A stretch of DNA of 38,157 nt from Defluviitaleaceae bacterium (GCA_009780445.1 WRAA01000001.1:1-38157); one strand, 5' to 3'. Positions 8,561 through 17,657 are shown, counted from the stretch's first letter. The notes: generated by a model from the sequence alone, not told the origin. Made by a program: numbers and translations.

Positions 8561-10642
8561 TTATAGGCGTATAAGCTCGGTGATGCTCATTGCTATGTTG
8601 TCGAGAATGTCGAAGAACTTGTCGTTCAGGTCGTAGTACTTGCCGTTGGGCTTGGTCACGGGGTCATAGGCCTCGATGCTCTCGCGATCCTTGCGCGCAA
8701 CGATGAATGTTACCACGCCGTTTGAGTTCAGCATGGTGCATATGTTGGACACGCTCTTGCCGGACTTTGTGGGAACGTGGGGCGGTGCGTCGGTGATAAG
8801 GATGAATATGTTCTTGGAGCCGGGTTCGATCACGGAGGAGTTTAGAAGCTCGATGCCCGTCTCCAGCGCATCCAGTGAGGACTCGGGGATGTCGCCGCCG
8901 TATGTCCGGGGGATGTTCTTCACCTGTTTCTGGAACTTGGCGATGTCGTTGGTGAAGTTGTATACCGAAGGTTTCTCCTTCTCGTACAGATCGCCGAAGC
9001 CGATCAGCCCCAGGCGGAACGACGCGCCCTTACTGCTGATGATGTTGCTGAACTCGATTGCGCGATCCTTCACGCCTGTGATGTATGTGTCCATCGAACC
9101 CGTGGTGTCGATGAGGAACACGACGTTCACCTTGTCGGAAGTGAGGGCTGCGCGGGCTTCGCGCGTGGGCGGCGCAGATGCCTTGCTTCTGTCGAACTCT
9201 GCGCGCTGGGTGCGGCCGCTCTCCACGTCCTTGATGAACACTTCGAAGATGTTGTTTTCGTCGATGGCGTAGGTGAGTTCGAGCCGGGTCGCGCCGGACA
9301 GGCCGGAGAAGCCCACCGTGCCGATATAGCGTTTGTCGGCCTCGTGCCCCTGCGCCCACTGGAATACGTCAACATTCACGGCGGACGCGCCGGACATTGT
9401 GGCGAAGTTGCTGTCCGACACGCTGCAGGGTATCGCGCTTCCCATGGGGATGATGGGGATAAGCTCGCGGCGCATTGTGGCCACGTCCACCACGGCCTCG
9501 GTGCCGACTATCTGGCGCGTAACCTGGCCGACCTTCACGCCGCGCCCCGGCAGGTGTATCAGGTAGTTGTAGATGGCCGCGCCCATGGCCACGGACTTCG
9601 CCGGGTCTGTCGCGCGGTACGGCTCCTTCACAAAGCCCGCCACCATGCGGCGCACCATGGGTATCAGCGTGGAGCCGCCCACCAGGATCACCTTGGATAT
9701 CTCGTCGGCCGCCTTGCCCGAACGCTTGAGGGCTTCTTCGATAATGTCGCGGCTGCGGTCTACATACTTGCGTATCAGAGCCTCGAACTCTTCGCGGGTG
9801 ATCTCGGTTTGCAGGTTCTTGGGCACGCCGTCCTGCACAAGCAGGGGGTGTATGCGTATGGGAGCCTTGTTCGCGCCGGAAAGCTTCTTCTTGGCGGATT
9901 CGGCCTCCTGCTTCAGCTTCTGGATCACGCGCTTGCGCTCGGCCTCCTCCAGAGTGTCCACGTCGATGCCCGTGGCCTCGGTGAACTTCGCCTTCATGAA
10001 GCGGATCAGCTCCAGGTCGAAGTCGTCGCCGCCAAGGTTCATGTCGCCCACGTCTGAAAGCTCCTGGAAAACTTCCTGCCCCAGCTCATCCTGCGAGACA
10101 TCCAGCACACAGGCGTCGAAGGTGCCGCCGCCCATGTCGTAGACAAGCAGGGTCTGCGCGTAACCCTGTTTGAAGCCGTATTCAATGGCCGCGGCCAGAG
10201 GTTCGCTCAGCAGGTACACATCCTTGAAGCCGGCCAGCAGCCCCGCCTGTTTTGTGGCGAATATCTGCCGGTCGTTGAAGTAGGCCGGGTGGGTGATTAC
10301 AACTTCGTTAAAGGTTTCGCCGGACTGCTCCTCCGCCGCTGTCTTGAGCCTGCGCAGGATCTGCGCGCTTACGTCCTCCGGCAGTTTTTCGTGGTCGCCG
10401 AAGTTCAGCTTCTCGCCGCTGCCCATCATACGCTTCACGGACAGGATGGTCTTGTCCGGGTAGATTATCGCGCCGGACTTGGCCTCTTCGCCCACAATTA
10501 TGCCTTCGTCGAGATAGCTGACAACCGACGGCAGGATCTCGTAGCTGCCGTCCAGCTTTACGATGTCGGTCTCGTCGTTTTTGTCGTTGTATATTACCGC
10601 CACGGAATTTGTGGTTCCAAGGTCTATTCCTAAGTAGCCCAT
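8561..10642 (-). CDS. Hsp70-family ATPase (NBD + SBD-beta) with a C-terminal von Willebrand factor A domain in place of the lid
   Basis: 693 aa with AGGAGG 7 nt upstream of the ATG. The actin-fold motifs are intact: GIDLGTTNSV, ITHPAYFNDRQIFATKQAGLLAG, VYDMGGGTFD, ILVGGSTLIPMV. An SBD-beta-like block (GLSGATRLELTYAIDENNIFEVFIKD) is followed by a vWA domain with the MIDAS-type residues VVFLIDTTGSM...GGDIPES...ILITDAPPH (about 8564-9136). Confidence 0.85.
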   Translation of the reverse strand: MGYLGIDLGTTNSVAVIYNDKNDETDIVKLDGSYEILPSVVSYLDEGIIVGEEAKSGAIIYPDKTILSVKRMMGSGEKLNFGDHEKLPEDVSAQILRRLKTAAEEQSGETFNEVVITHPAYFNDRQIFATKQAGLLAGFKDVYLLSEPLAAAIEYGFKQGYAQTLLVYDMGGGTFDACVLDVSQDELGQEVFQELSDVGDMNLGGDDFDLELIRFMKAKFTEATGIDVDTLEEAERKRVIQKLKQEAESAKKKLSGANKAPIRIHPLLVQDGVPKNLQTEITREEFEALIRKYVDRSRDIIEEALKRSGKAADEISKVILVGGSTLIPMVRRMVAGFVKEPYRATDPAKSVAMGAAIYNYLIHLPGRGVKVGQVTRQIVGTEAVVDVATMRRELIPIIPMGSAIPCSVSDSNFATMSGASAVNVDVFQWAQGHEADKRYIGTVGFSGLSGATRLELTYAIDENNIFEVFIKDVESGRTQRAEFDRSKASAPPTREARAALTSDKVNVVFLIDTTGSMDTYITGVKDRAIEFSNIISSKGASFRLGLIGFGDLYEKEKPSVYNFTNDIAKFQKQVKNIPRTYGGDIPESSLDALETGIELLNSSVIEPGSKNIFILITDAPPHVPTKSGKSVSNICTMLNSNGVVTFIVARKDRESIEAYDPVTKPNGKYYDLNDKFFDILDNIAMSITELIRL

Positions 10643-10659
10643 GGGGTTGCCTCCTTGTG

Positions 10660-12282
10660 TTATAACTCAACCTTGGCGAAGCGGCTCGGGTCGAAGTCCT
10701 CTTTGAAGCCGCTTGGCTCATACTCGCCGCTAAAGCCAAGATCCTCCACAGAACCCTTTATCAGGCCGCCCTCTTCCTGCGCCATCAAGGTGATTTTCAG
10801 CTTGGTCTTGCCGCTTGGGCGGACCGGCAGGCCGGAGATGGACACTTCGCCGATCAGCTTGCAGTCCTCGATAGGGTCCTCCCTGTTGATGCGTTCGAGA
10901 ATCTTCAGGCCGAAGGTTGTCATGTCCTCGGGCGTGTCGCCTTGCAGGGTGAATGTGTGGCTCTTCTTGGCCAGGGCGTAGGACGTGCCGCGGCGCACCA
11001 TGTTGAAGAAGGTTTTTTTGCCGCCGCTAACCACTTCCAGCCCGATATCGTGCGGCGCGGTGACTTCAAACTCCACCTGCGGCCGCTCCGATTCAATGTC
11101 AGGGCTGCCCAGCAGACCCAACTTCATGGCGGCGTAGTAGGTCGCGCCGATGGAGATGTCCAGCGCGGGTTTCTCGGAGGTGTAGATCTTGTCCTCGCTG
11201 CCGAAGATGTCAGTCAGCATTTCCTTGACCCACGGCATCTGCGACGAACCGCCCTCCAGCAGTACGCGGTCTACGCGGTCCGCGCTTACCGGGCCTATGT
11301 AGCATTCGCGCAGAGCCTTCTGCACAAGCTTGCGTGTCTTGTCGATGAAGTTCTTGTTCAGCTCTTCGAATTGGTCGCGGGTCATCTGCTCCACAAACGG
11401 CGGGATGCAGAACGTGAAGGGTATGCGGAAGTTCTTCACGCCGGAGAGCCTCTCCTTTACTTCCCGCGCGCGGGCGTTCAGCTCGGCCTGGTTTTCGGGT
11501 GCGAGTTCGGCAGAGCCTGTTTTTTCGCGTATCAGCTCGTAACACCGCTCGAGGATGGCTTCGTCCACATTATCGCCGCCGTGATAGGCCTCGCCGCCTT
11601 CGGAGATCACCCGGAGCTTGATGCGTGTCTCGTCCTTTTCGGCCACGTGGAAGAGGGTGATGTCAAGCGTGCCCCCGCCGAAGTCGAACACCAGTATCTT
11701 CTCGCCGATGGCCAGCACGTGGCGGAAGTTGTAGGCCAGAGCCGCGGCCTTTGGCTCTTCGATAAGGCAGATCAGCTTATCTTCCAGCCCGGCCAGGGCG
11801 GCGGCGCGCATGGTGGCCTTTTTCGCGCTGTCGTCAAAGTCGTATGGCACGGAGAGGCATAGCCCGGCGATCTCGGCCTTAGGGTTGAGGGAATGGCAGT
11901 GATCCGCCAGTTCGCGCAGGATCTTGGCGGAGATTTCCTCCGGCAGATAGTCCTTGCCGCCCAGGCTTATCTTCTCGTTGGTGCCCATTTTGCGCTTTAC
12001 GGAGCGGATGGTGGTCTCGGGGTAGATCTTCATGGAGCGGTAGGCCTCTTCGCCCACGACCCATTCGGGAGGGCGATCCTCGTCGTCCTTGCGGTACTGC
12101 ACCACAGACGGCAGGGGGATCTTGCCGAAGCCGTTGCTGATGTCGATAGGTTCGGGGCGGCCGGTATTGCCGTCCCAGTAGCTTATCACCGAATTGGTGG
12201 TGCCAAGATCCACGCCGATCACATACCAGTTTTCGTCAAGACCGCCGGCCTGTATCTGTGCCTTGTAGCTTTCCCAGTTCAA
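10660..12282 (-). CDS. Hsp70-family ATPase, lidless paralogue
   Basis: 540 aa with a TTG start preceded by AAGGAGGTG. Motifs seen: GVDLGTTNSV, SVPYDFDDSAKKATMRAAALAG, VFDFGGGTLD, LLEGGSSQMPWV. The protein ends just after the SBD-beta block (ISGLPVRPSGKTKLKITL), so it has no alpha-helical lid. Confidence 0.85.
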   Translation of the reverse strand: MNWESYKAQIQAGGLDENWYVIGVDLGTTNSVISYWDGNTGRPEPIDISNGFGKIPLPSVVQYRKDDEDRPPEWVVGEEAYRSMKIYPETTIRSVKRKMGTNEKISLGGKDYLPEEISAKILRELADHCHSLNPKAEIAGLCLSVPYDFDDSAKKATMRAAALAGLEDKLICLIEEPKAAALAYNFRHVLAIGEKILVFDFGGGTLDITLFHVAEKDETRIKLRVISEGGEAYHGGDNVDEAILERCYELIREKTGSAELAPENQAELNARAREVKERLSGVKNFRIPFTFCIPPFVEQMTRDQFEELNKNFIDKTRKLVQKALRECYIGPVSADRVDRVLLEGGSSQMPWVKEMLTDIFGSEDKIYTSEKPALDISIGATYYAAMKLGLLGSPDIESERPQVEFEVTAPHDIGLEVVSGGKKTFFNMVRRGTSYALAKKSHTFTLQGDTPEDMTTFGLKILERINREDPIEDCKLIGEVSISGLPVRPSGKTKLKITLMAQEEGGLIKGSVEDLGFSGEYEPSGFKEDFDPSRFAKVEL

Positions 12283-12316
12283 ACGTTATGCACCTCCTTG
12301 GATGTTGAACAGGCTC

Positions 12317-13927
12317 TTATATGAAGAAGCTCTTGTCGGCGGCGATGTCCGTCTTGGGGAACATTTCGCCGAAGCCCAAGTCTCTTACGCGGCATGTTAC
12401 GCAGTTGAAGTTTTTGAAGGATATGTCGACGCACAGGCGTGTCGCGCCGCGTGGGCGTTCGGGCAGGCCGCGCAGGGTGACTTCTTCCGCGAAGGTGATG
12501 TCGCCGCGTTGGTCCCGCCGGAAGAACCTTATGCCGGGAGGTTCGGCGGCGATAGCGTCGCCCAGTATGAAGTGGACGGGCGGGCGTTTCTGCCACCAGA
12601 AGGAGCTTTGCTCCACGATAGGCACGAAGCGTTCGCGCCGGCCGGAGGTGATCATGATGCCGATGTCCACGTTCACGCGGTTCAGGTCGGTGATCGTAAG
12701 CTCCAGCTTGGGCAGGAGGCAGAGGGAGCGTGCGGCGGAAACAGCCGCGCCTTCCGACACGCAGGACTTTGAGTTCTTGCGAAAGTGCAGGCTGCCCTCC
12801 GGGAAGATGCCGCGCAGAACATCCCGCGCCCACATCATCTCGAAGCCGCCGCCGTAGGCCAGCACCGTGCCGATGTCCGACGCTTGCAGGCTGCCGCCGT
12901 CGTGGGTGTTGTTCTTGAGAAGCTTCGCGATAAAGTCCTTCATGCGAAGCTCGATATCGCCGATGAGTGAGGCGACCTCGCCTTCGCTGACGCTGCGCGA
13001 AAACGCGGGGTAGGCGAAGTTGAAGTAGAGCCGCGCCGGCTTGGCCTTGATGCTCTTTTGGAACAGGATGTCGCGGTGCTGGAATGTGAACGCGTCCAGA
13101 TGCGCCTGTACGGCGGGTGTTATCTTGTCGGCCTCCGGCGCGAAGTTGTCGCGGTAGAACAGGCCGAACAGATCCGACACAAGGCTGTTGACCACATTGG
13201 TGCTGACATTACCCTCGAACAGGGAGGACGTGGAGCGCAGATGTACGCTGTCCTGCGCCATTGAGGTGATGTCGAACACCGTGCCGCGAAGCTCGCGCGA
13301 ACCAAGATCCAGCAGCAGCACACGCCCGGCAAGAGGCGCGGACGTTTTGCGCCCCCTGCCCGCGGCAAGGCTGCTGCCGTGGAAGTATCCGTGCAGCACG
13401 CACTCGCGGTCGGTCACAAGGCCGATCAGCTCCTTCTCCAGCCCCGCCTTGTTGAAGGCCAGCAGGAACTCGGACCTTGCGTCGTCGCTGAGATAGCCGG
13501 GGATGGCCGCGGCCACGCCCACGATCTCGGCGCGCGGGTTGATGCTGTAGATGTGCGACACAAGCTCCTTGATGAACATTCCCAGAAGCGTCACAACAGA
13601 CACGGAACGCCCGTCCACATCCACATATTCATGCTTGCCGAGCCGCTCCACAAGCCCGGTCACAAGCACGTTGCCCAACGCGTTGTCGCCAAGTACGGCA
13701 TATTCGCCGTAGACCCACTCGCGTGTCTCCGCGATATACTGCATCGCCGTCGGCACGGAGGGCTTGCCGTATCCGCCGGAGATGTCCACGACCTCCGCCT
13801 GGCCGGAGCCTGCGTTAAACAACGACAAACTCGAAGAATCGTTGCCGATATCTATGCCCAGCACAAACTGCGCCTCTTCAAGAGACGCGCCCGCGCTTAC
13901 TAGGTTGTGGAACTTTTTCCAATACAT
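12317..13927 (-). CDS. divergent Hsp70-like protein with degenerate nucleotide-binding motifs
   Basis: The track ORF runs to 14014. I prefer the ATG at 13927 (MYWKKF...), preceded by AAGAGG at 6-nt spacing. The Hsp70 architecture is recognisable but the motifs are altered: GIDIGNDSSS (vs DLGTTNS), LLDLGSRELRGTVFD (vs DxGGGTFD) and LAYGGGFEMMW (vs LVGGSTRIP). The SBD-beta-like end reads LRGLPERPRGATRLCVDISF. Confidence 0.75.
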   Translation of the reverse strand: MYWKKFHNLVSAGASLEEAQFVLGIDIGNDSSSLSLFNAGSGQAEVVDISGGYGKPSVPTAMQYIAETREWVYGEYAVLGDNALGNVLVTGLVERLGKHEYVDVDGRSVSVVTLLGMFIKELVSHIYSINPRAEIVGVAAAIPGYLSDDARSEFLLAFNKAGLEKELIGLVTDRECVLHGYFHGSSLAAGRGRKTSAPLAGRVLLLDLGSRELRGTVFDITSMAQDSVHLRSTSSLFEGNVSTNVVNSLVSDLFGLFYRDNFAPEADKITPAVQAHLDAFTFQHRDILFQKSIKAKPARLYFNFAYPAFSRSVSEGEVASLIGDIELRMKDFIAKLLKNNTHDGGSLQASDIGTVLAYGGGFEMMWARDVLRGIFPEGSLHFRKNSKSCVSEGAAVSAARSLCLLPKLELTITDLNRVNVDIGIMITSGRRERFVPIVEQSSFWWQKRPPVHFILGDAIAAEPPGIRFFRRDQRGDITFAEEVTLRGLPERPRGATRLCVDISFKNFNCVTCRVRDLGFGEMFPKTDIAADKSFFI

Positions 13928-13949
13928 AACATGCCTCTTACTTAAGGTG

Positions 13950-14089
13950 AGTTCGATGAACAAAAACCATTCATCGAACTTTGACTGCATCCGCACAATT
14001 TGCGGAAAGATCACCGCAAATTCTGCGGATAACCTGAAAAATGCTTCGCATTTTCAGCCGCTCACGCGGCCGGTTCGACTTCGTCGAAC
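13950..14089. repeat. array of six short hairpins in the only long intra-operon spacer
   Basis: Plus-strand stems: AGTTCGATGAA/TTCATCGAACT (13950-13980); CCGCA/TGCGG twice (13991-14005 and 14014-14028); CTGAAAAATGC/GCATTTTCAG (14034-14057); GCCGC-tcac-GCGGC (14057-14070); GTTCGAC-ttc-GTCGAAC (14073-14089). Confidence 0.6.
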
Positions 14090-14094
14090 TCAGA

Positions 14095-15936
14095 TTACTT
14101 GGCGGCGATAACGCTGGCGCGAACCAAGACCGTGTCGCCTTCGCGGTAGCCGCTGCTGAAAGTCTTGACAATTTCGCCCTTGGCGAAACCTTCGGTGCGC
14201 TCGGCCATGAGAACGTCGTGTTCCTTGCCGTCGAAGCTGTCGTGGGGCTGTGGCTGTATGCGTGATATGCCGTTGCGGCCCAGGATCTCCAGCAATTCGG
14301 CGTGGGCGTTGTGCAGTGCGGCGGCATATTCCTGCGAAGGGGTGTTCGCGGGTTCTGTGGTGAGCTTGCTTACGGAGAAGTTCATTATCTCGTCGAAGGT
14401 TCCCATTTCGTAGAGCAGCACCTCGCGCTTGAAGGTCAGAATGTGCTTGTGGATCTCGCTTTGCCACACGGCCGAAGTTTTGCCCACGCGCTGGGTGAAG
14501 CTCTGTTCATAGGCTTGCTCGAAGGCGGCCTCGACGGTTTGCAGGATGTTCTCGGGCTTGACGCTTGGCAGGACGGGCAGCAGAGCCGCCTCGACCTCCG
14601 CGCGCAGAGCATCAAACACGGAGCTTAGAAGCTCGCGCCCGTCTGCCATGTAGTTCACAAGCTTGCGCATGGCCTCTTCGTAGAACTCGCCCTTGCTGTC
14701 CTGTATGTTCATGATCTTGATGGCGGTGGTCTCGTTGATGCCGGCTATTATCTCGGCGCCGGGCTGGCCGTCCAGCTCGTCCTTGCGGTTGGCGGCGTAT
14801 TCGTGGGTTTTGCGGAACACCTCGGCGATCTCGCCGGCCATGATGGTGGATTGCGTGACGCTCTTGCGAAGCTCGTATAGAGTGTGATCCAGCCGCGCCT
14901 TGGATACCTTGGTGTCGATAATCTCGAGAAGGACAGCGGACAGGCTCTGCCTGTACGCGCTGTGCAGCGCCGGCAGTTCTGCCTTGATCTGCTCCAGCGC
15001 GGCCGCGGGGAAGAGGTCCGGCTCTGCCAGCTTCGCGAAGATGTCCGCGTGGTAGCTGTCATAACTTTCAAAGGGCGGGCGGCCGGGGCAGTCGTCCTGA
15101 TTCAGGGCGGAGCGAAAGGCCTCCAGCACCTTGTCGGCCTCCTGCGTGAAAACTTGGTAGCACTCGCGTATGGCGCAGAGCGCGGGCTGTTCCTCCGCTT
15201 CGCTGGTCAGCGCGCCCAGCTGTATCTTGACGATAGGCTCGAGGATGTCGCGCTCGGTCTCGATCATGCGGAAGTAGTAGCTTGCGGACTTGCGCAGGTT
15301 TAGGTCGTTCAGCGCGGCCACAAGCTCGCGGCACTTGCCGCAGTAGACGGTGTATGTCGGCCGGCTCAGTGCCCGGGCATGTTGTACGAGTTGCGCAAAC
15401 GCGGCGCGCGCTCCCGGTTCGATGTCCCCGGCGTTGGCGGCGTATAACGCGCTCTGTATGTGTGCGCGGGCGTTCAGCGCGTCCTTGGGCACGAGCTTGT
15501 ATTCCCTGTAGAAGCCTTGCAGCACGCAGGCCACCAGCCTGTTTTTTTCGGCGGTGACGGGGTTGCTGCCGGCGAAGCCGCCGTTTTCCTCGGCGAACTT
15601 AAAACGCGATGATATTACGGCGGCGATTCCGTCGAAGATGCCCTGCGCCCTGTCGTCCGTGCAGGGGGTGTCCGGGCGGACAAGACCCAGTATCACGGCA
15701 TAGCGTTCTATCAGGCGTGAGTAGACCTCATAGGCGCGTTCGTCAATGCCGTTTAACTTGGCCAGGGAGCCGGACAGCACAATCTTGTGCGACACACTCT
15801 TGCCGAAGCCGGATATAAGCCGCGCGGCAAACTTGTCGGACACCGCGCCGCCAAAGCGTTCCAGATCGGCCAGGGCCACACGCAGCGGCTGTACGTTAGT
15901 ACCGGACGGCCTGGGTTTTCGTTGACGCTTAGACAT
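14095..15936 (-). CDS. GrpE-domain protein: long helical N-terminal extension fused to a GrpE-like nucleotide-exchange C-terminus
   Basis: 613 aa. The last ~60 aa read GISRIQPQPHDSFDGKEHDVLMAERTEGFAKGEIVKTFSSGYREGDTVLVRASVIAAK. This follows the GrpE C-terminal pattern G-x-x-x-I-...-FD-x-x-x-H-[EQD]-A/V-...-GY-x-x-x-x-x-V/I-L/I-R-x-A-x-V-x-V. The preceding ~500 aa are helix-rich with no motif I recognise. Confidence 0.75.
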   Translation of the reverse strand: MSKRQRKPRPSGTNVQPLRVALADLERFGGAVSDKFAARLISGFGKSVSHKIVLSGSLAKLNGIDERAYEVYSRLIERYAVILGLVRPDTPCTDDRAQGIFDGIAAVISSRFKFAEENGGFAGSNPVTAEKNRLVACVLQGFYREYKLVPKDALNARAHIQSALYAANAGDIEPGARAAFAQLVQHARALSRPTYTVYCGKCRELVAALNDLNLRKSASYYFRMIETERDILEPIVKIQLGALTSEAEEQPALCAIRECYQVFTQEADKVLEAFRSALNQDDCPGRPPFESYDSYHADIFAKLAEPDLFPAAALEQIKAELPALHSAYRQSLSAVLLEIIDTKVSKARLDHTLYELRKSVTQSTIMAGEIAEVFRKTHEYAANRKDELDGQPGAEIIAGINETTAIKIMNIQDSKGEFYEEAMRKLVNYMADGRELLSSVFDALRAEVEAALLPVLPSVKPENILQTVEAAFEQAYEQSFTQRVGKTSAVWQSEIHKHILTFKREVLLYEMGTFDEIMNFSVSKLTTEPANTPSQEYAAALHNAHAELLEILGRNGISRIQPQPHDSFDGKEHDVLMAERTEGFAKGEIVKTFSSGYREGDTVLVRASVIAAK

Positions 15937-15944
15937 ATCTCACC

Positions 15945-17636
15945 TTAGCTATACAGTTCGTCTACTGCAAGTTCTGTTACCGCGCCGCCGTCTCCGGTGG
16001 ATTTTGCCGTAACGTGCAGCATGTTGTCCTGCCCCACGCTGAAGATTACTTTCACCTTCTCCAGGCCTTTCGGGCGTTGGGGTATGCCGCGCAGGCTGGT
16101 GCCGGCCAGGCGTTTCATGCCCTCCATGTGTACGAGCGGGGTTGTGTCGCCCTTGGCCTTGCCGGATTGCGGCAGGGTGTTTTCGTACACCACGATGGCC
16201 ATGCTGCTTACGTTGTCGAAGTTGGTGGTCAGCAGTTCCGCCGCCTCGACAACAAGCCCGCCCGCGGGGATGTCCACGCCGCCGCCCACAATCTCCATAA
16301 ACCTGCGCCCGGCGATCTCAAGCCCCAGCGGGTGTACCGTGCGTTCCTGCATAACAGGCCCCTTTACGGTGGGCATCATGATCATGTTGCAGTAGTGTGC
16401 CGCGCCCTGGGATATTGACAGCGCGGGGCTTATGCGCGAACGAAACGGCTCCTTGCCGAACTTCTCGGTGATCTTCTCGCCCACTTGCAGGAGGGAGGAG
16501 CTTCCGCCGACAAGGAACACTTCGTCGATATCCGCGGGGGCAAGCTCCGCGGCTTCCAAACATCTGTCCACGCATTCCATCGTGACTTGCAGGAGGTCCT
16601 CGAGATTTTTGTCGCGGAATTTTTCGTAGTACTCCTGTGGGTCGCCCAGCGGGTTTACGCGCCTGTGCGCCACGAAGTCCTCGCGGGAGATCTCCATGTT
16701 GATGTTGATGATGCGCGGTTCTTGTATGAAGGGCGCAAGCACGACCTTGGTGGTCTTGGCCTGCGACAGGCGTTCCTTGGCTTGTGTTGCGGCCTGCATC
16801 AGGCGCACGATGGCCACCTTCTTCTGACGTTTTGATACGCCGTCGTCGGCGTGTTCGTCAAAGAGGTCGATTTCGTCGCCGGCCAGCTTCTTAAACTCTT
16901 CGTAGATCATGTCCATGATGATCTTGTCGATATCGTTGCCGCCCAGCCGGTTGTCGCCGTAGGTGCTGAGGATGGATATTGTCGGCTCGCCGGCTTCTCC
17001 TGATTTGATCTCCAGTATACACGCGTCGAAGGTTCCGCCGCCGAAGTCGTAGACCAGCACCTTTTTGTCGGCGGATTCGTTCACGGCATAGCTGATTGCG
17101 GCGGCGGCCGGCTCCAGCCGCAGGAACACGCTGTTCTCCTCGAAGCCGGCCTTCATGGCGGCCAGCTTGGTCATCTTTTTCTGCTTGTCGGTGGAGTTGG
17201 CCGGCACGGTGATAACACAGCCGGAGAACTCGCCCGCGATGTTCAGCTCTTCCTGCACATATTCGTCGGCCTTGGCCTTGAGGTATGCGATGATCTCGCC
17301 GGCCACTTCCTCCGGGCTGAAGGTGTACTCGCGCTCGTCCACCGTCACACGGATGCTCTCTTCGTTGGCCAGCCTGCGCTTCACCGACAGCACGGTGGAG
17401 AGGGGGTAGATGACGGCGGCCTCCTTGGCTTGCACGCCGAACACGCGCGACAGCTTTGTGTCGTCGTCCGGGTCGCTCTCGAACTGTATGGCGGTGGGGA
17501 AGATGTTGCCTCCGTCGATAGGGATCGTGACGGCTTCGCCCTCCGCGAAGTTGTACAGCGACACCACCGAGTTAGTGGTGCCGAAGTCGATGCCCAGGAA
17601 CAGGCCGCGTTCCATGTCAAGTCCAAGTGTTCCCAT
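15945..17636 (-). CDS. Hsp70-family ATPase, lidless paralogue
   Basis: 563 aa with AGGAGG 6 nt upstream of the ATG. Motifs seen: GIDFGTTNSV, ITVPANSTDKQKKMTKLAAMKAG, VYDFGGGTFD, FLVGGSSSLLQV. The protein ends at the SBD-beta block (LRGIPQRPKGLEKVKVIFSVGQDNMLHVTAKSTG). Confidence 0.85.
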   Translation of the reverse strand: MGTLGLDMERGLFLGIDFGTTNSVVSLYNFAEGEAVTIPIDGGNIFPTAIQFESDPDDDTKLSRVFGVQAKEAAVIYPLSTVLSVKRRLANEESIRVTVDEREYTFSPEEVAGEIIAYLKAKADEYVQEELNIAGEFSGCVITVPANSTDKQKKMTKLAAMKAGFEENSVFLRLEPAAAAISYAVNESADKKVLVYDFGGGTFDACILEIKSGEAGEPTISILSTYGDNRLGGNDIDKIIMDMIYEEFKKLAGDEIDLFDEHADDGVSKRQKKVAIVRLMQAATQAKERLSQAKTTKVVLAPFIQEPRIININMEISREDFVAHRRVNPLGDPQEYYEKFRDKNLEDLLQVTMECVDRCLEAAELAPADIDEVFLVGGSSSLLQVGEKITEKFGKEPFRSRISPALSISQGAAHYCNMIMMPTVKGPVMQERTVHPLGLEIAGRRFMEIVGGGVDIPAGGLVVEAAELLTTNFDNVSSMAIVVYENTLPQSGKAKGDTTPLVHMEGMKRLAGTSLRGIPQRPKGLEKVKVIFSVGQDNMLHVTAKSTGDGGAVTELAVDELYS

Positions 17637-17657
17637 TGTGTTCCTCCTTCGTAAGAT

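Noticed and set aside
13928-14014. 29-codon N-terminal extension of the degenerate Hsp70 ORF
   Set aside because: The extension runs through the hairpin array and has no RBS. The ATG at 13927 has AAGAGG at 6-nt spacing.
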